From positions 1-64,000 of IMG/VR virus record IMGVR_UViG_3300009788_000007: a DNA stretch of 64,000 bases. The stretch is one strand, 5' to 3'. Below the pieces are notes generated by a model. That model was given only the letters and a program-made list of their open reading frames with translations. It was not told the DNA's origin and ran no database searches. The position numbers and the translations under genes are program-made. Of this stretch, positions 21,215-32,236 are shown piece by piece. The first letter of the stretch is position 1, and every line of letters begins with the position of its first letter. Origin of the DNA: a virus.

Positions 21215-21680
21215 ATGGCAGTCACCAACATCTATAAAACTTAAAAATGGTAAACGTATGTACTTTAGACTTTATAGTATCTGGAGAGGGATGAAAATAC
21301 GTTGCTACAGTAAGAAAAATAAAGACTATGAAAAATATGGTGGCCGTGGTATTTTAATGTCCCTAGGCTGGTATGAAAGCTACGACGAATTTTATGAATG
21401 GTCTGTAAACAATGGTTACAAAGAAAACCTAAGCATTGATAGAAAAGAAAATTCTAAAGGGTACACACCTAATAACTGTAGATGGGTGGATAAATGGACC
21501 CAGACTAATAATAGAGATATCACATTAACTATGACTTATCAAGGTATGACAAGAAATTTATATTGGTGGTCAGACCAAATTGGGGTATCGTATGACACAC
21601 TAGTAAAAAGAAAACAAAGATACAAATGGTGTGATGCTAAATGTATTGAAACACCCTTGCATAAGGGTAGTACATGGTAA
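21207..21680 (+). CDS. free-standing HNH homing endonuclease
   Basis: RLYSIWRGMKIRC...YGGRGI...SIDRKENSKGYTPNNCRW...QTNNR, a typical phage HNH. Confidence 0.9.
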   Translation: MNKWQSPTSIKLKNGKRMYFRLYSIWRGMKIRCYSKKNKDYEKYGGRGILMSLGWYESYDEFYEWSVNNGYKENLSIDRKENSKGYTPNNCRWVDKWTQTNNRDITLTMTYQGMTRNLYWWSDQIGVSYDTLVKRKQRYKWCDAKCIETPLHKGSTW

Positions 21681-21690
21681 ATAATGTAAC

Positions 21691-23682
21691 ATGACAGCTT
21701 TAAAAAACCATTATAAAAAAACTAAAGTGCCTTACAAGTTATCTGGGAAATTAGTTGCACTTGACTTTGAGACCACAGGTTTAGACCTGTACCATGGGGA
21801 CCGTATTTTTTGCTGAGCTTATGTTACTGATGAAGCTGAAGCAGGTTTTATGTATAAAACAAAAGCTAACTTAAAATGGTTAGAGCGCCTAATGATGGAC
21901 CCTACTAAGCACGTTATTTTCCATAATAAAAAGTTCGATTTAACTGCTATGCTTGTAGAAGGTTTTAACATTTTTAATTTTAAAGCAATAACAGAATGCA
22001 CACTAAGACTAGCAAAACTTTTTAATGCTACCTGGAACAGTTACAAGTTAAAAGATTTAGGTGCTAGGCTACTGGGCGTACCGACTGCAGACAAAGATGA
22101 AATTGAAGAATGGGTTAAAGATCGTAAGCGTGTAAATTATTATCGTAGAGAGTTTAGCCGTAAACCTAATTTTTCTGACGCCCCTGCAAGCATAATTAAA
22201 AAGCGTGCCGTATGGGATGTTGAAACTACTTTGATGCTGTACCTTAAACTACGTCCTGCAATAAATAAGGCTGCTGAGAAACTATACCAAACAGAGCTTG
22301 AGTTAGCTTATGTGTGTGTTGACATGGAAAGCCATGGGGTACCCGTTGATATAACACGTGCCAAACAATTAAAATCTCAGGCTGAAAAAGACATGGCTAT
22401 TATTATGAAAGACCTGCGTAAACTAGTAGGTAATTTAATAGTAGATAAAACTAAAGCTGGTGAGCAAATAAAAGTGCCCATCACCGCAAAAGAATTTAAC
22501 CCAGGGTCCTCAAAACATTTAGCTGCTGCTTTTAAAAAAGTTGGTATTGAGCTTGAATATAAGACCGATAAAGGTAACTGGTCATTTGATGAGTATTCCA
22601 TGATTCGTTATGTATCAGACCCATTAGTTAAAGTAATGCGCAAAGCTTCAGAAAACGGGTGGCAAGCTAATCAGTTTTACAGACGTATTAAACATGCAGT
22701 AAAACGCTACGACCTGGACATTAAAGAATTATTACCGCCCCTTATTTTAAAACATCAAAATCTTAAAAAGATGATAAGTACTTACTATAATGCAATTATT
22801 AACAAGTCGCTAAATAAGTACACTGCACCAAACGGTATAGAGTACGGGACGTTGCATTGTTCGTTTAACCCTACTACAGCAGTAACAGGTAGATTTTCAG
22901 CAACAAACCCACCGCTACAAACTATACCTCGTAACAGCGGACCTAGAGAATGCTTTGTACCTCGTAAATCCAGGCGCAATTGGTACCTGGACTATGACCA
23001 AGTGGAAATGAAAATATTTGTGCATTTTGCCAAAGATGAAGACATGGCCCGTGAAATTGAGAATGATATCCACGCTTATGTCGCAGGGCAGGTGTACAAG
23101 GTCGCCAAATCCTCTGTAACGAAAGAACAGCGGAAAAGGGGTAAAGGGGTAGGCTTCGGGGTTTTGTACGGCTCAGGGGCTAATACGATGGCTGAGACGA
23201 TGACTAAACAGGGCCTTAAAACCACTAAAAAAGATGCCGTGTATCTGGTGCGCAATTACCATGAATCATTCCCTTCAGTGCGCAGAACAACACGGTACTT
23301 TGAAGCTCAACTGCGGAAAAAGGGGTTCCTTACAAACCCATTCGGCAGGCGGTACCATATACCCGTAAAATTCGCTTACAAGGCCCTTAACTATATGTGC
23401 CAAGGTACATCAGCTGACATCATCAAGCAGGCCATGGTGAAGCTGTGGAAGTGGTTACGCAAGCATAAATTTAAAACTAAACTTATAATGACAATCCATG
23501 ATGAAATTGTTCTAGAATGCCCCAGGAGTGAAGAGAAGAAAGTCATTCCCCAGGCCCTGCGAATCATGGAAGACCTTAAAAATTACTTTGTACCGATTAC
23601 TGCTAGTGCAGAAGTTGTCACGGAAAGATGGTCTAAAAAGAAAGATGCCGTGAAAGATTTAAATCTTGCATGGGCTGTTTAA
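21691..23682 (+). CDS. family A DNA polymerase with 3'-5' exonuclease; in-frame TGA at 21814-21816
   Basis: ATG 21691 frame gives ExoI VALDFETTGL, then TGA, then continues in frame into FHNKKFD (ExoII), TGRFS, DYDQVE (A), RKRGKGVGFGVLYG (B) and IHDE (C). Confidence 0.9.
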
Positions 23683-23806
23683 TTTTGGTGTTTGAGTGAA
23701 CGCCCCGCCTCCCTGTCTCTGGCACGCCTGCTACTCAGGGGGGCATTTTTAACACTAAAACTACAATTTCTCCCTATTATGTAGCCCTTTCGTATAATTA
23801 AAGTAT

Positions 23807-23835
23807 TGCTTTAAGTTACATTAAGCAGTATATTT
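23807..23835 (+). promoter_or_regulatory. sigma70-like promoter
   Basis: TTGCTT-17-TATATT downstream of a GC-rich terminator-like hairpin at about 23702-23750. Confidence 0.5.
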
Positions 23836-23998
23836 ATATAGGTACAGATGCAAATTTGTAATAAGCAGCGAGAGAGAACATACATGTATAAGCCTTTAAA
23901 ACCAATCCAAATTGGTAAGCATATTGATATATTTGCAGGTGTTCTTTGTAGTGCTTATACACCGACAATAGCTCAACAAAAACTATTTAAAAATATTT

Positions 23999-24502
23999 TT
24001 GAACATGAGAAGAGAGAATGTAACAATGGATATAAATATAAATTTCAAATTTCTAAGTGGCGGCCACGCCCTCTTTACAGTAGGAAGCCCACGTAATAGG
24101 TTTACATTTAAGATCATTAAAAAACCTGACAGCCCTTTTTATGTGTCGTATCTTACTGGTAAAGATAATACAAAAGATTATACATACTTGGGCTGTTTTA
24201 TCCCCCTATCAAAAGATAGGTTTTTAAAACTGACAAATAAAAGTAGGTTAGGGGTAGCCTCCCAACCTGTAAAAGTTTTTGAATGGGCTGCAGAGATATT
24301 AGCAGGCCGCAAAGACAATCATATAAACCACCCAAACACTGCAGGATGTTATATTATTCATGCGGGTAAATGTTGTGCTTGTGGTAGACAGTTGACGACA
24401 CCTGCATCAATAAAAAATGGTATAGGCCCTGTATGCGTTCAGCTTAGGGATGGTGCAAAGAAAATAAAACCTAAAAAAGAAAACCAAGCAGCATTATTTT
24501 AA
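23999..24502 (+). CDS. DUF6011-like Zn-binding protein
   Basis: C-terminal GKCCACGRQLTTPASIKNGIGPVC motif. Confidence 0.75.
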   Translation: MNMRRENVTMDININFKFLSGGHALFTVGSPRNRFTFKIIKKPDSPFYVSYLTGKDNTKDYTYLGCFIPLSKDRFLKLTNKSRLGVASQPVKVFEWAAEILAGRKDNHINHPNTAGCYIIHAGKCCACGRQLTTPASIKNGIGPVCVQLRDGAKKIKPKKENQAALF

Positions 24503-24521
24503 AATTGAAAGGATCGCCTTA

Positions 24522-24719
24522 ATGAGTGGTTTAAAAGTAGAAGTAGATAAGAAAAAGAAAGTTCTTAAAATTGAGCTACCTTACGGGGACCCCCGCCCAT
24601 CAGCATCTGGAAAAAGTCTTATAGTGGCCACAACCAGTGGAAGCATCCAAACCGATACAAAATTTGAAGGTAAAAATTTAACAATTGGTATTAATGCCTA
24701 TATACCTAACATCAATTAA
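24522..24719 (+). CDS. conserved small hypothetical protein
   Basis: PSASGKSLIVATTSG...IGINAY; GAAAGGA RBS. Confidence 0.7.
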   Translation: MSGLKVEVDKKKKVLKIELPYGDPRPSASGKSLIVATTSGSIQTDTKFEGKNLTIGINAYIPNIN

Positions 24720-24770
24720 GCAGTAGTATATTAATCATAGCTTTCCTCAAATGGAATGCTCTCTTCTCTC

Positions 24771-24807
24771 AGGGGAGGCGGCTGCCCGGTCGTCTCCTCA
24801 TTTTTTT
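24771..24807 (+). terminator. rho-independent terminator
   Basis: GGGGAGGCGGC...GTCGTCTCCTC followed by ATTTTTTT. Confidence 0.65.
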
Positions 24808-24945
24808 GAGGCGGGGTTAAGTTGGGTAATTGTGGGTTTAAATGGGCTACCAAGGTCAAGTGCACTACCCCTTCCCCCTCTCTTTTTCCTTAAAAATAAG
24901 CATTTTTAAATTAATTTTAAAAATATGGTTATTTTTATTATTTTA

Positions 24946-24977
24946 TACTGGACACGTGTACAGTAATCAATTAATAT
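24946..24977 (+). promoter_or_regulatory. sigma70-like promoter overlapped by LexA-type box (24948-24963)
   Basis: TGGACA-17-TAATAT; CTGGACACGTGTACAG; AT-rich UP-like element upstream. Confidence 0.7.
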
Positions 24978-25030
24978 TTAGTTATGAGATTTGAAGAACA
25001 GCCCAACTAACCCAGAAAGAATTGAAGATT

Positions 25031-25868
25031 ATGAAAAAGCCAACCATGAAACAAATAGCCGCCTACTGTATCAGAGAGGTATTCGATAATGCCGCCTACA
25101 CTCTTGGAGACAACTTTGACAGCTTGACCGAGAAGCAAAAAGACGAGGCGGTAAGACACATGGAGAACATGTTGAAGCCCATGTATGACAGAATGGACAA
25201 TATCGTTGGTGAGCAGGATTCTGACATAGGGGACTTGAGATAATGAATCTGAACCACCAAAGAACACTGTTTGAAAAAGTAAATGGTCATCCTTGGGACA
25301 ATAGGCCAAAGGAAATAGCCCAACTGAAACCAGGGCAGAAAGAAGTGAAGATTATGAGCTGGAAAAAGAAACATTTTAAAAGGGTGTCGGTCCATTGGCA
25401 CGAGAAACTAAAGCAAGTGGAAGTAGTTCACGGAAGTATGAACGAAGACCCGGAATATTTTGACAGTTTTTTAGGGGAACTAAAAGAAGCCATAGCGTTT
25501 GGTTTGACTAAAAAGGCTGAACTAAACAGATAAAATAATGCTTCTTAACCACCCAGACCCTATCAGACCGGATGACAATGAAACTAATTAGAAAGGTAAC
25601 AATGAAATTTTTACACGTACAGTTACTTAGAATAGCTCAAAAATCTAGTGCAACAGATTTTTCAAAATTTTCGTACATAGAGCTAGAATCTTATTTAGCC
25701 TGGAACAACTTACTACCCTCAGAACACCAACAAACAACTACAGGAAAAGTTAACGAGTTATCAAACGCTTTAGGAAAAGATACAAAATTAGTATATGAAG
25801 TCGCACTATTACTTGCAGAAAATAAAATTGGTACAATAGACCAACTTAAGGTACAATTGCAAAAATGA
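25031..25868 (+). CDS. three small early-type hypothetical proteins (25031-25243, 25243-25533, 25572-25868)
   Basis: Operon downstream of the boxed promoter; first start taken at GAAGATT-ATG 25031. Confidence 0.65.
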
Positions 25869-26044
25869 AAAAAGTTACTCTATTACTGTTGATTATCTTT
25901 TGTACTGGGTGTTCCCATAAAACTAAAATGATGTTTGCTAATTTTGCTGCAGGCGCAGCCCAGGGGGCCATAGATCAACTATCTAATGACTTATTTGATA
26001 AAAGCCAAAAAGAATTTGCAAGGTTAGAGCGCCGTTTAAAATAG
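25865..26044 (+). CDS. small lipoprotein (59 aa, not in ORF track)
   Basis: MKKVTLLLLIIFCTG|CSHK: basic N-terminus, hydrophobic core and lipobox-like Cys; ATGA-coupled to the upstream gene. Confidence 0.6.
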   Translation: MKKVTLLLLIIFCTGCSHKTKMMFANFAAGAAQGAIDQLSNDLFDKSQKEFARLERRLK

Positions 26045-26554
26045 CCAAGCTATCACCCACCCCACAACTGCAATGAAAAAAGTTAAGTAAAAACCATAAC
26101 GCCATTTTTTATCAGCGTCTGCTTTACCTTCAGCCTTGTCTTCAACATCAGCCACTGCTGCGGCTGTAGCTTCCTTAGCTTCTAAACTAGTTTCAAAAAC
26201 AGTTTTTAAATTAGAAAACCCATTAGTTATCTTATCTTCCATATTTTTAGTATTTGATTGTATCTTATCTTCTAGGTTTTCTTTATTTGTACCGCACAAT
26301 GTTTCATTACTCTTTACTTTAACTTTTATTGCGGCGATATCACGTTCATGTTGTGCTTGATTTGTTGTAAGGTTAACGCATTGAGTGGCCATAGCATCAA
26401 CGCATTTTTCCATACTCTCAGCTGACTTATTAATTTGGGCTACGTGCTGGCTTTGTAATTCCATTTGCCCATTAACAGTGGCTTTGAAAGTTTTCATCTC
26501 GCCCTCCAATTCTATCAACCTTCTCAGGTTTGTTTCTGCTGTTGGTTCGGTCAT
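26036..26554 (-). CDS. coiled-coil protein with C-terminal transmembrane helix (possible lysis/holin-associated)
   Basis: Long heptad region ending in WRYGFYLTFFIAVVGWVIAWLF; last gene of the late operon. Confidence 0.6.
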   Translation of the reverse strand: MTEPTAETNLRRLIELEGEMKTFKATVNGQMELQSQHVAQINKSAESMEKCVDAMATQCVNLTTNQAQHERDIAAIKVKVKSNETLCGTNKENLEDKIQSNTKNMEDKITNGFSNLKTVFETSLEAKEATAAAVADVEDKAEGKADADKKWRYGFYLTFFIAVVGWVIAWLF

Positions 26555-26558
26555 CCCA

Positions 26559-27195
26559 TTAACCTTTCAAATTATTTTTAACTATAAACTGCTCTAACAA
26601 CTTCCTAGCCGCTAGTCTTCTGTGTTGGCATTTTCTGTGGTCGCTAAACCTTATTAATGCAGTTGTCATCGCAGGCCATTTATCTCCCACAATTAAAAGT
26701 ATTTCAGCATCAGACAAATTTGAAAGTGCTGTCATAACTTTCAAATTCTTCATCAGTGGGCATTTTACTAAATGCTACCTTCTGTTCCACTATTGCCCAA
26801 TCTTTTTGATTAGATACATCAAGGTTATCATGCACTAAACCCATCCAAATATACCTTTGTTCTCTTTTTACTTTTTCTAATACTTCCGCAGCTTTTAAAT
26901 CTACAGTATTCTGATTTACTTCAGCAACTCCGTCAATAATTTCGCCTGTATAAAAACAATGTGATACACCTTCTAAATCAAGAAAACATCCTAAAGGTAT
27001 TGTTTCGTCAAATTCAACTAACGCATAGTTTTTATTTTTAAATTGCAGTTTTGCAAAATGGTCTTCATCAGGGGTTTTTAATTTACCATCCTTACCTAAA
27101 CTACAGTGTACTTGTTTATGGCAAGCTTTGTTGACTGTAATAATAGGCATTTCTAATTTACCATCATCATCTATAGGTGTATAAAGTTGTAGCAT
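26559..27195 (-). CDS. two hypothetical late proteins (26559-26753, 26710-27195)
   Basis: Coupled ORFs after the DUF2793-like gene. Confidence 0.55.
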
Positions 27196-27902
27196 TAGTT
27201 CATCTCCTTAACTTCAATAGAAAACGCACCGTCTTCTTGGTCAATTTCAAGTATTAAACAGGTAGCACATGAAAATTGTTTCAATTCATCCATTTGCACC
27301 CTACACCCAGTAGGAGTACCAGCCCCAGTATCAGAAGTTTTATCTGTCACAGATTTTATATAAAGTGACTTGTCACCAGCTAACCTGTCATTAAGTTGGC
27401 TATTTATATAAACATTTGTTACAAGTATACCTGTAAATGTTAAATCATAAATTCCAGCACTTGGGTGAGACACAGCCACACTCGCCCCTACTTCACTAGT
27501 TTGTAATAGAATACTTCCTGCAGCATTAAAGCGTGCTAAAAGTAAAGTATTACCGGACCCTATTCCCCCAGTCACCCATGCAGTACCATTAAAATTATAC
27601 TCAACAGATTCATCTTCTACAAAGGCTCTCCAGCCCTGCAGTGGTGTAATAAAATTCCAGGTATTCCCAAAGAAAAAAGCTATGTTGTCTTCTTGCCCAG
27701 TCCAGTCACCAGAAGCTACCGAGGCAACTATATACCTATCACCTTCTGCAGGTGACCCTGGGGGTGCTGTAAGATCTTTGTCTTTTACTCTTGTTTGCAC
27801 CATGGCATCAAGAATATTTAAGGCTTCGTTATGGGTCACCTCTGCATTAGCCTGTGATTCACGCAGTAAGGGCATCTGTAGGTTTGGAGTAAAATCTACC
27901 AT
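27195..27902 (-). CDS. DUF2793-like tail fiber/tip protein
   Basis: TPNLQMPLL..SQANAEVTHNEAL..LD...PPGSPAEGDRYIV...W.G....IA...W.F..P..GW. Confidence 0.85.
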   Translation of the reverse strand: MVDFTPNLQMPLLRESQANAEVTHNEALNILDAMVQTRVKDKDLTAPPGSPAEGDRYIVASVASGDWTGQEDNIAFFFGNTWNFITPLQGWRAFVEDESVEYNFNGTAWVTGGIGSGNTLLLARFNAAGSILLQTSEVGASVAVSHPSAGIYDLTFTGILVTNVYINSQLNDRLAGDKSLYIKSVTDKTSDTGAGTPTGCRVQMDELKQFSCATCLILEIDQEDGAFSIEVKEMN

Positions 27903-30592
27903 TATAAAGTAGCCGCCTTTCCTTTTCCTCTTTGTTTAATTTCTGTAAGTTGGTATATGATCATGTTTACATCAGCCCCAGGTGCTAGCCCTGCAGCAGT
28001 TTGGTCTGCAGCTGTAAAAGTAAATTCTGGTAGTTGTGGTCTATCTACAGGCCATGGCCCCTCTACAGTAATAGTATCTACAATTACTGTAAATCCTGCA
28101 TCAAAAAAATCTATCTGGAATATTTCTCTATTTTCTAAAAGTGGGGTGGTTGTTCCTACTACAAAATGTTTTACTAGTGCCCTGGTTGCACGCTTCCAAA
28201 GTATCCTTAAATCGTTTGCCGTATTTCTAATACCTGTAATGTGTACGGGGCTAAAACCTTGTATTGTGTTTGCTTCTAAGGGTAACAGGGAAAACCCTGG
28301 GACCTGCCCAGGTAACACATTAGGGGGTACTGCTTTAAAAAATCTATCAAAATTTATTTCGCTTATGGCTACTTCATTAAACTGAACTCTCCCTATGTCC
28401 AATAAAATAAATCTTTCATCAGTTTGGGTGTGCGCCACTTCATCTGCAGTGTCCCTTCGTCCTCTGAGAAGTTTTGAAATCGTATAAATATTAGTGTCAA
28501 TGAGTACTGCATTTTGAAATTGTAAAACTTCTTCACCTATAATGCAGGTGTTAGCCCCTTCTAACATTTCTTCTTCAGTTACAGATTCTAAAGTACCATT
28601 AACCAAAGTAACATCTATAGTAGTGCCATTATCAAAATAACCTACTGGGCCTGCAGGAACAGCTACAGGCACAAAACCCATTGTGGATTCCTGAAAAATA
28701 GAACCTTTATAAAAAAAGTTTTGCCCATCATCTGATTTGAATATTTGCGCACTATTGAATTCTGCTGTAGGGTCTATTTTAGCTACTGCCATGTATACCC
28801 CAGGTGAATGATTTTGATCATTTGTAAATGGGGCAATATCAATAATTTCAAATAATAATGTGCCTCCTTGAAAAACAGCACGTGTAAGGTTTTGATTTGT
28901 ATTATCTTCTTCACCTACTTGTACGTTTGTCCTAATATCTTCAACAACACCTTCAATTAGCAAAACATGGTCTTTACCTCGGTCTATTTTTTTAGTAAGT
29001 ACTGTATAAGTTTCATCTTCAAAATTAAGATTAACTTTGTCATTTTCTTCTAAATCTATATATGCTATAGGTAAAGAAAATGTAATGGCTTGTCTACGTT
29101 GCCATGCGCTCCATAACTCACGCCTAGCAATAGTTCTAGCTTCTGCAGCACTCATAACAATAGGCACATTAAAAATAACTGATGTATTATTAGGTACATC
29201 TACTCTACGTTCTCTTTGGGCTGCTTCTTGAAAAGCTTGTTTTGGCTCAATAAATTTTACTATAATTTCGCTCGGTAAGTCAGGTCCAAAAGTATCTGAA
29301 ATTTCAAAAGGTCTTTGTATTGTGTTGTCTCTACCTGGAGAAGCTGCAAAATCTCCATCTTTAATTAGTTCTACAGTGGGGTCATCTTTCTTTTTAAATA
29401 TAATAGCCCCGTTACGCTCAAATGCATGAAGATTAGCGAAACGCATAAGTGGTATTAATAGTTCTACAGCTGGTTGAGGCCCTAATGCATGAAAGCCTTG
29501 CAATACATCTGTGGCCACAGAAGCATCAAATTCTGAGCTATCTAAACCTGCACGTGTTAATATTTTGTCAATACCACCCGCCACTGTTTCTGTAGCGGTT
29601 CGCTGCACAATAAATTGCATTTGGGGAAATTGGTTGCCAAAATTTATTAAATGTATTTTTTCTATAACTACATAACAAGTGCCTCTAAATGTAGGCACAT
29701 TACCAGTACCTTCTTTAGATTCTATTAATGGGTCTGCAGTTTGTACTAAATCACCTGGATAAAATCTAACATCAAAAATTTGATTAGGGTCAAAGGCATC
29801 AGTGTTTTCCTGTAAGGTTATAGTATTTCCTGCAGCCTCAGAGCCTGATGAGTTAGTTTCATTCTGTAAAGTCACAAAAGTCTCACTAGTAGCTGTATTT
29901 GTTCCTGATGAGCCTATAACCCAAGTGTCATTTAAAATGCTTGCGGTCCATCCTGACATAATCATTTCTTTACCACTTTGAAACACACTTAAGTCAACAC
30001 CAGATGCAACTGTAGCAATTACACGTACAAAGTTAGCCCCACCAACACTTTCTGCATTAGCCCTAATACCATCTGAAACAATATTTGTTAGTTCTGGGTT
30101 TTGATATATAACTTCACCATTGGCTATTATTTTGTCAAGCCTAGTACAGATTCCTTCACATAAACCTATAGCAAAATCTGCAAAATAATTGTAACCCACA
30201 ATATTGTTTTCAATAACTGTTTTAGACCTTGGTATAAGTTTTCCAGAATCTGAATTTGGTCTGGCTGTCTCTGAAGTTTCTGTTACGATTTCTTCGATTA
30301 AGCCTGATGTCCAAATAATTTGCCCTGCAAAACGATTTGTGGGACCAAGCACAAATGCCATAGGCCCGCCTTCAGCAGATGATTGTATTTGTAGCCCACC
30401 TACACGAGGCCCAACAGGGGATACAATTTCAGCCCCTAACCCACCATCACCAGCAATTTTTGGGAATAAATATTTGTTATCAATGTACGCACCTGCCGCG
30501 CTCCCAATTGCACCCCCAATTGCACCCCCAACTCCAGGTGCAATATAGTTACCAATTGCCGTACCAACGTAATTACCAACTATTGTTGCCAT
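27902..30592 (-). CDS. GTA-like tail tip / baseplate hub (host-specificity) protein
   Basis: GAIGGAIGSAAGAYID N-terminus, GPR..LQIQSS.EG, FYPG...Q..DPLIE, P.FRG.CY, GAN...IG.E.LQF..A, LLRG.R.T. Confidence 0.85.
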   Translation of the reverse strand: MATIVGNYVGTAIGNYIAPGVGGAIGGAIGSAAGAYIDNKYLFPKIAGDGGLGAEIVSPVGPRVGGLQIQSSAEGGPMAFVLGPTNRFAGQIIWTSGLIEEIVTETSETARPNSDSGKLIPRSKTVIENNIVGYNYFADFAIGLCEGICTRLDKIIANGEVIYQNPELTNIVSDGIRANAESVGGANFVRVIATVASGVDLSVFQSGKEMIMSGWTASILNDTWVIGSSGTNTATSETFVTLQNETNSSGSEAAGNTITLQENTDAFDPNQIFDVRFYPGDLVQTADPLIESKEGTGNVPTFRGTCYVVIEKIHLINFGNQFPQMQFIVQRTATETVAGGIDKILTRAGLDSSEFDASVATDVLQGFHALGPQPAVELLIPLMRFANLHAFERNGAIIFKKKDDPTVELIKDGDFAASPGRDNTIQRPFEISDTFGPDLPSEIIVKFIEPKQAFQEAAQRERRVDVPNNTSVIFNVPIVMSAAEARTIARRELWSAWQRRQAITFSLPIAYIDLEENDKVNLNFEDETYTVLTKKIDRGKDHVLLIEGVVEDIRTNVQVGEEDNTNQNLTRAVFQGGTLLFEIIDIAPFTNDQNHSPGVYMAVAKIDPTAEFNSAQIFKSDDGQNFFYKGSIFQESTMGFVPVAVPAGPVGYFDNGTTIDVTLVNGTLESVTEEEMLEGANTCIIGEEVLQFQNAVLIDTNIYTISKLLRGRRDTADEVAHTQTDERFILLDIGRVQFNEVAISEINFDRFFKAVPPNVLPGQVPGFSLLPLEANTIQGFSPVHITGIRNTANDLRILWKRATRALVKHFVVGTTTPLLENREIFQIDFFDAGFTVIVDTITVEGPWPVDRPQLPEFTFTAADQTAAGLAPGADVNMIIYQLTEIKQRGKGKAATL

Positions 30593-31014
30593 GTCTCACT
30601 AACTCCTGGCCATTGGAAAGCATGTGTTATCCGCTCATCCCAATTATAGTGTGTGTGGGTCTCGACTACCTTTTTAACTTTATCATATGTGTGCAGGATA
30701 CCTATATCAGTCATCACACCTACATGCTGTGGATGTTTTGAAATATGGTTTACCCAATAAATAATAACATCTCCTGGTTGTCGGTCTTCCACAGCTATAG
30801 GTATAAAAACTTTTTTCATATGCTCCATTAATAAAGTACCATCAGAATAACGCTTATAAACTGTATGGTCATAGTTAAATAATTCAAGCTCTTTAGCTAT
30901 CCCAACTATTAAACCTATGCAGTCTACCCCTATACCCTTTTTTCTTGCTTGATGCACGAATGGAGTATTTAAATATTCCCTAGCTTTTTCTATAATATTT
31001 TTTCTTGTGACCAT
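30580..31014 (-). CDS. NlpC/P60 tail-associated peptidase
   Basis: AREYLNTPFVHQAR..G.GVDCIGL...PGDV...HVG...LH. Confidence 0.9.
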   Translation of the reverse strand: MVTRKNIIEKAREYLNTPFVHQARKKGIGVDCIGLIVGIAKELELFNYDHTVYKRYSDGTLLMEHMKKVFIPIAVEDRQPGDVIIYWVNHISKHPQHVGVMTDIGILHTYDKVKKVVETHTHYNWDERITHAFQWPGVSETWQQ

Positions 31015-31886
31015 TATTTAGCCTTTGGTGTTTCTAACATCGCATCTGAGCCTGGGATAAAGGGGAACCCCCCGAAATTTTCTATAATGTTAAACTTATT
31101 TATACAGGTATCACGCAATTTGTCACATCCTGGCTGCACATTAAATGTGTCTAACACAGATATATTAAAATCAGTAGGCAGTTGCAATTCTAAAGTTTGC
31201 ACAGCTGCTGGTGTGCTGTGTAACTTTACTACAGATGTTTTAGCAGTGTTTGGACCTGTTAACCATGTAAGCCTGCCATGAGTGAAAAAATCAGCTGATT
31301 CTGTTAGTCCTGATGCCTCAAACAACGATCTATTATTAAGGCTACCCCCTGTAACAGATAGTATAGAGCCTGCCTCACTAAGCCCAACAACATCTACCCT
31401 ACACACAGCATCACCTAAATCATTATCACACTCTCTTGTGTACATGCGCCCTACTCTGGGTATTATCCAACGTGTTAAACCTTCTACCTTTGCTTCCCAT
31501 CTTTCAGCTGAATATTTGACTTCAGTAATCCAGTATTTTGCAGTTGTTATAGCAGGCATCCATGGGAATCTGTAATCAATCCAACTTTCAGTTATTTCTG
31601 CTTCATTAAAAAGACCTGAACGTAAATCTTCATGAGTTATTAAATTTGAGGTTATTGGCCCAATCATCTCAAGATTCTCTATAGCTAAATCAGCTTCTTT
31701 TCTTCTAGCGCTTACTTGCACACTATCTACAGGAGTATATAGCTCATTTTCAAAAGTTATTTCCTGAGTGTTACTTGTAAATCTAAAAACAGTACTATCT
31801 GTGCGTTCAATTTTCCACAAGGTAGCTAACCAGTGTTTTCTTCTTTTCAGAAGTTCCCTTGTACCGTTATCTAGAGGTATTGTCAT
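31014..31886 (-). CDS. DUF2163 / BR0599-like baseplate hub protein
   Basis: WKIERTD...FRFT, CDNDLGDAVC, PGCDK...C..KF....NFGGFPFIPG. Confidence 0.9.
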   Translation of the reverse strand: MTIPLDNGTRELLKRRKHWLATLWKIERTDSTVFRFTSNTQEITFENELYTPVDSVQVSARRKEADLAIENLEMIGPITSNLITHEDLRSGLFNEAEITESWIDYRFPWMPAITTAKYWITEVKYSAERWEAKVEGLTRWIIPRVGRMYTRECDNDLGDAVCRVDVVGLSEAGSILSVTGGSLNNRSLFEASGLTESADFFTHGRLTWLTGPNTAKTSVVKLHSTPAAVQTLELQLPTDFNISVLDTFNVQPGCDKLRDTCINKFNIIENFGGFPFIPGSDAMLETPKAK

Positions 31887-32236
31887 GGTGCTAATTCTCC
31901 AGCAGTTGTGTTAGTTAGCCCAAATATTTTACCAAACCAGCGCTCCTGACCATCATTTTTAAACGCACCTAAAACAATACCTTCTTCAGTACCTAATGAA
32001 AATAAATCAAATCCATTAGGTGATTCAACATCAAAAGTAAAGGTGTCACTAGTATTAATTATATAAAAATGTGGCCCACCTTTTTTTAATTGTGCAGTGT
32101 CCGGTAGTTCTACAGTATACCCATTAGCATCAGGTGTGAGCACTTGCACACGTGGAGCCCCCCGGTACAAAGATGTGTTGGCAGTGAGCGCTATAAAAGT
32201 GCCATTACCCATAAATTCAAGCATACGGTTCATCAT
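31883..32236 (-). CDS. tail tip accessory protein, paralogous to the C-terminal domain of the 38912-39931 product
   Basis: LP....L..GGP.FY..N motif shared with the DUF2460-like protein's C-terminus. Confidence 0.6.
   Translation of the reverse strand: MMNRMLEFMGNGTFIALTANTSLYRGAPRVQVLTPDANGYTVELPDTAQLKKGGPHFYIINTSDTFTFDVESPNGFDLFSLGTEEGIVLGAFKNDGQERWFGKIFGLTNTTAGELAP

Noticed and set aside
21207-21680. HNH gene as part of a group I intron in the polymerase
   Set aside because: It lies wholly upstream of the ExoI-coding start with tight gene junctions and no room for intron core structure; treated as free-standing.
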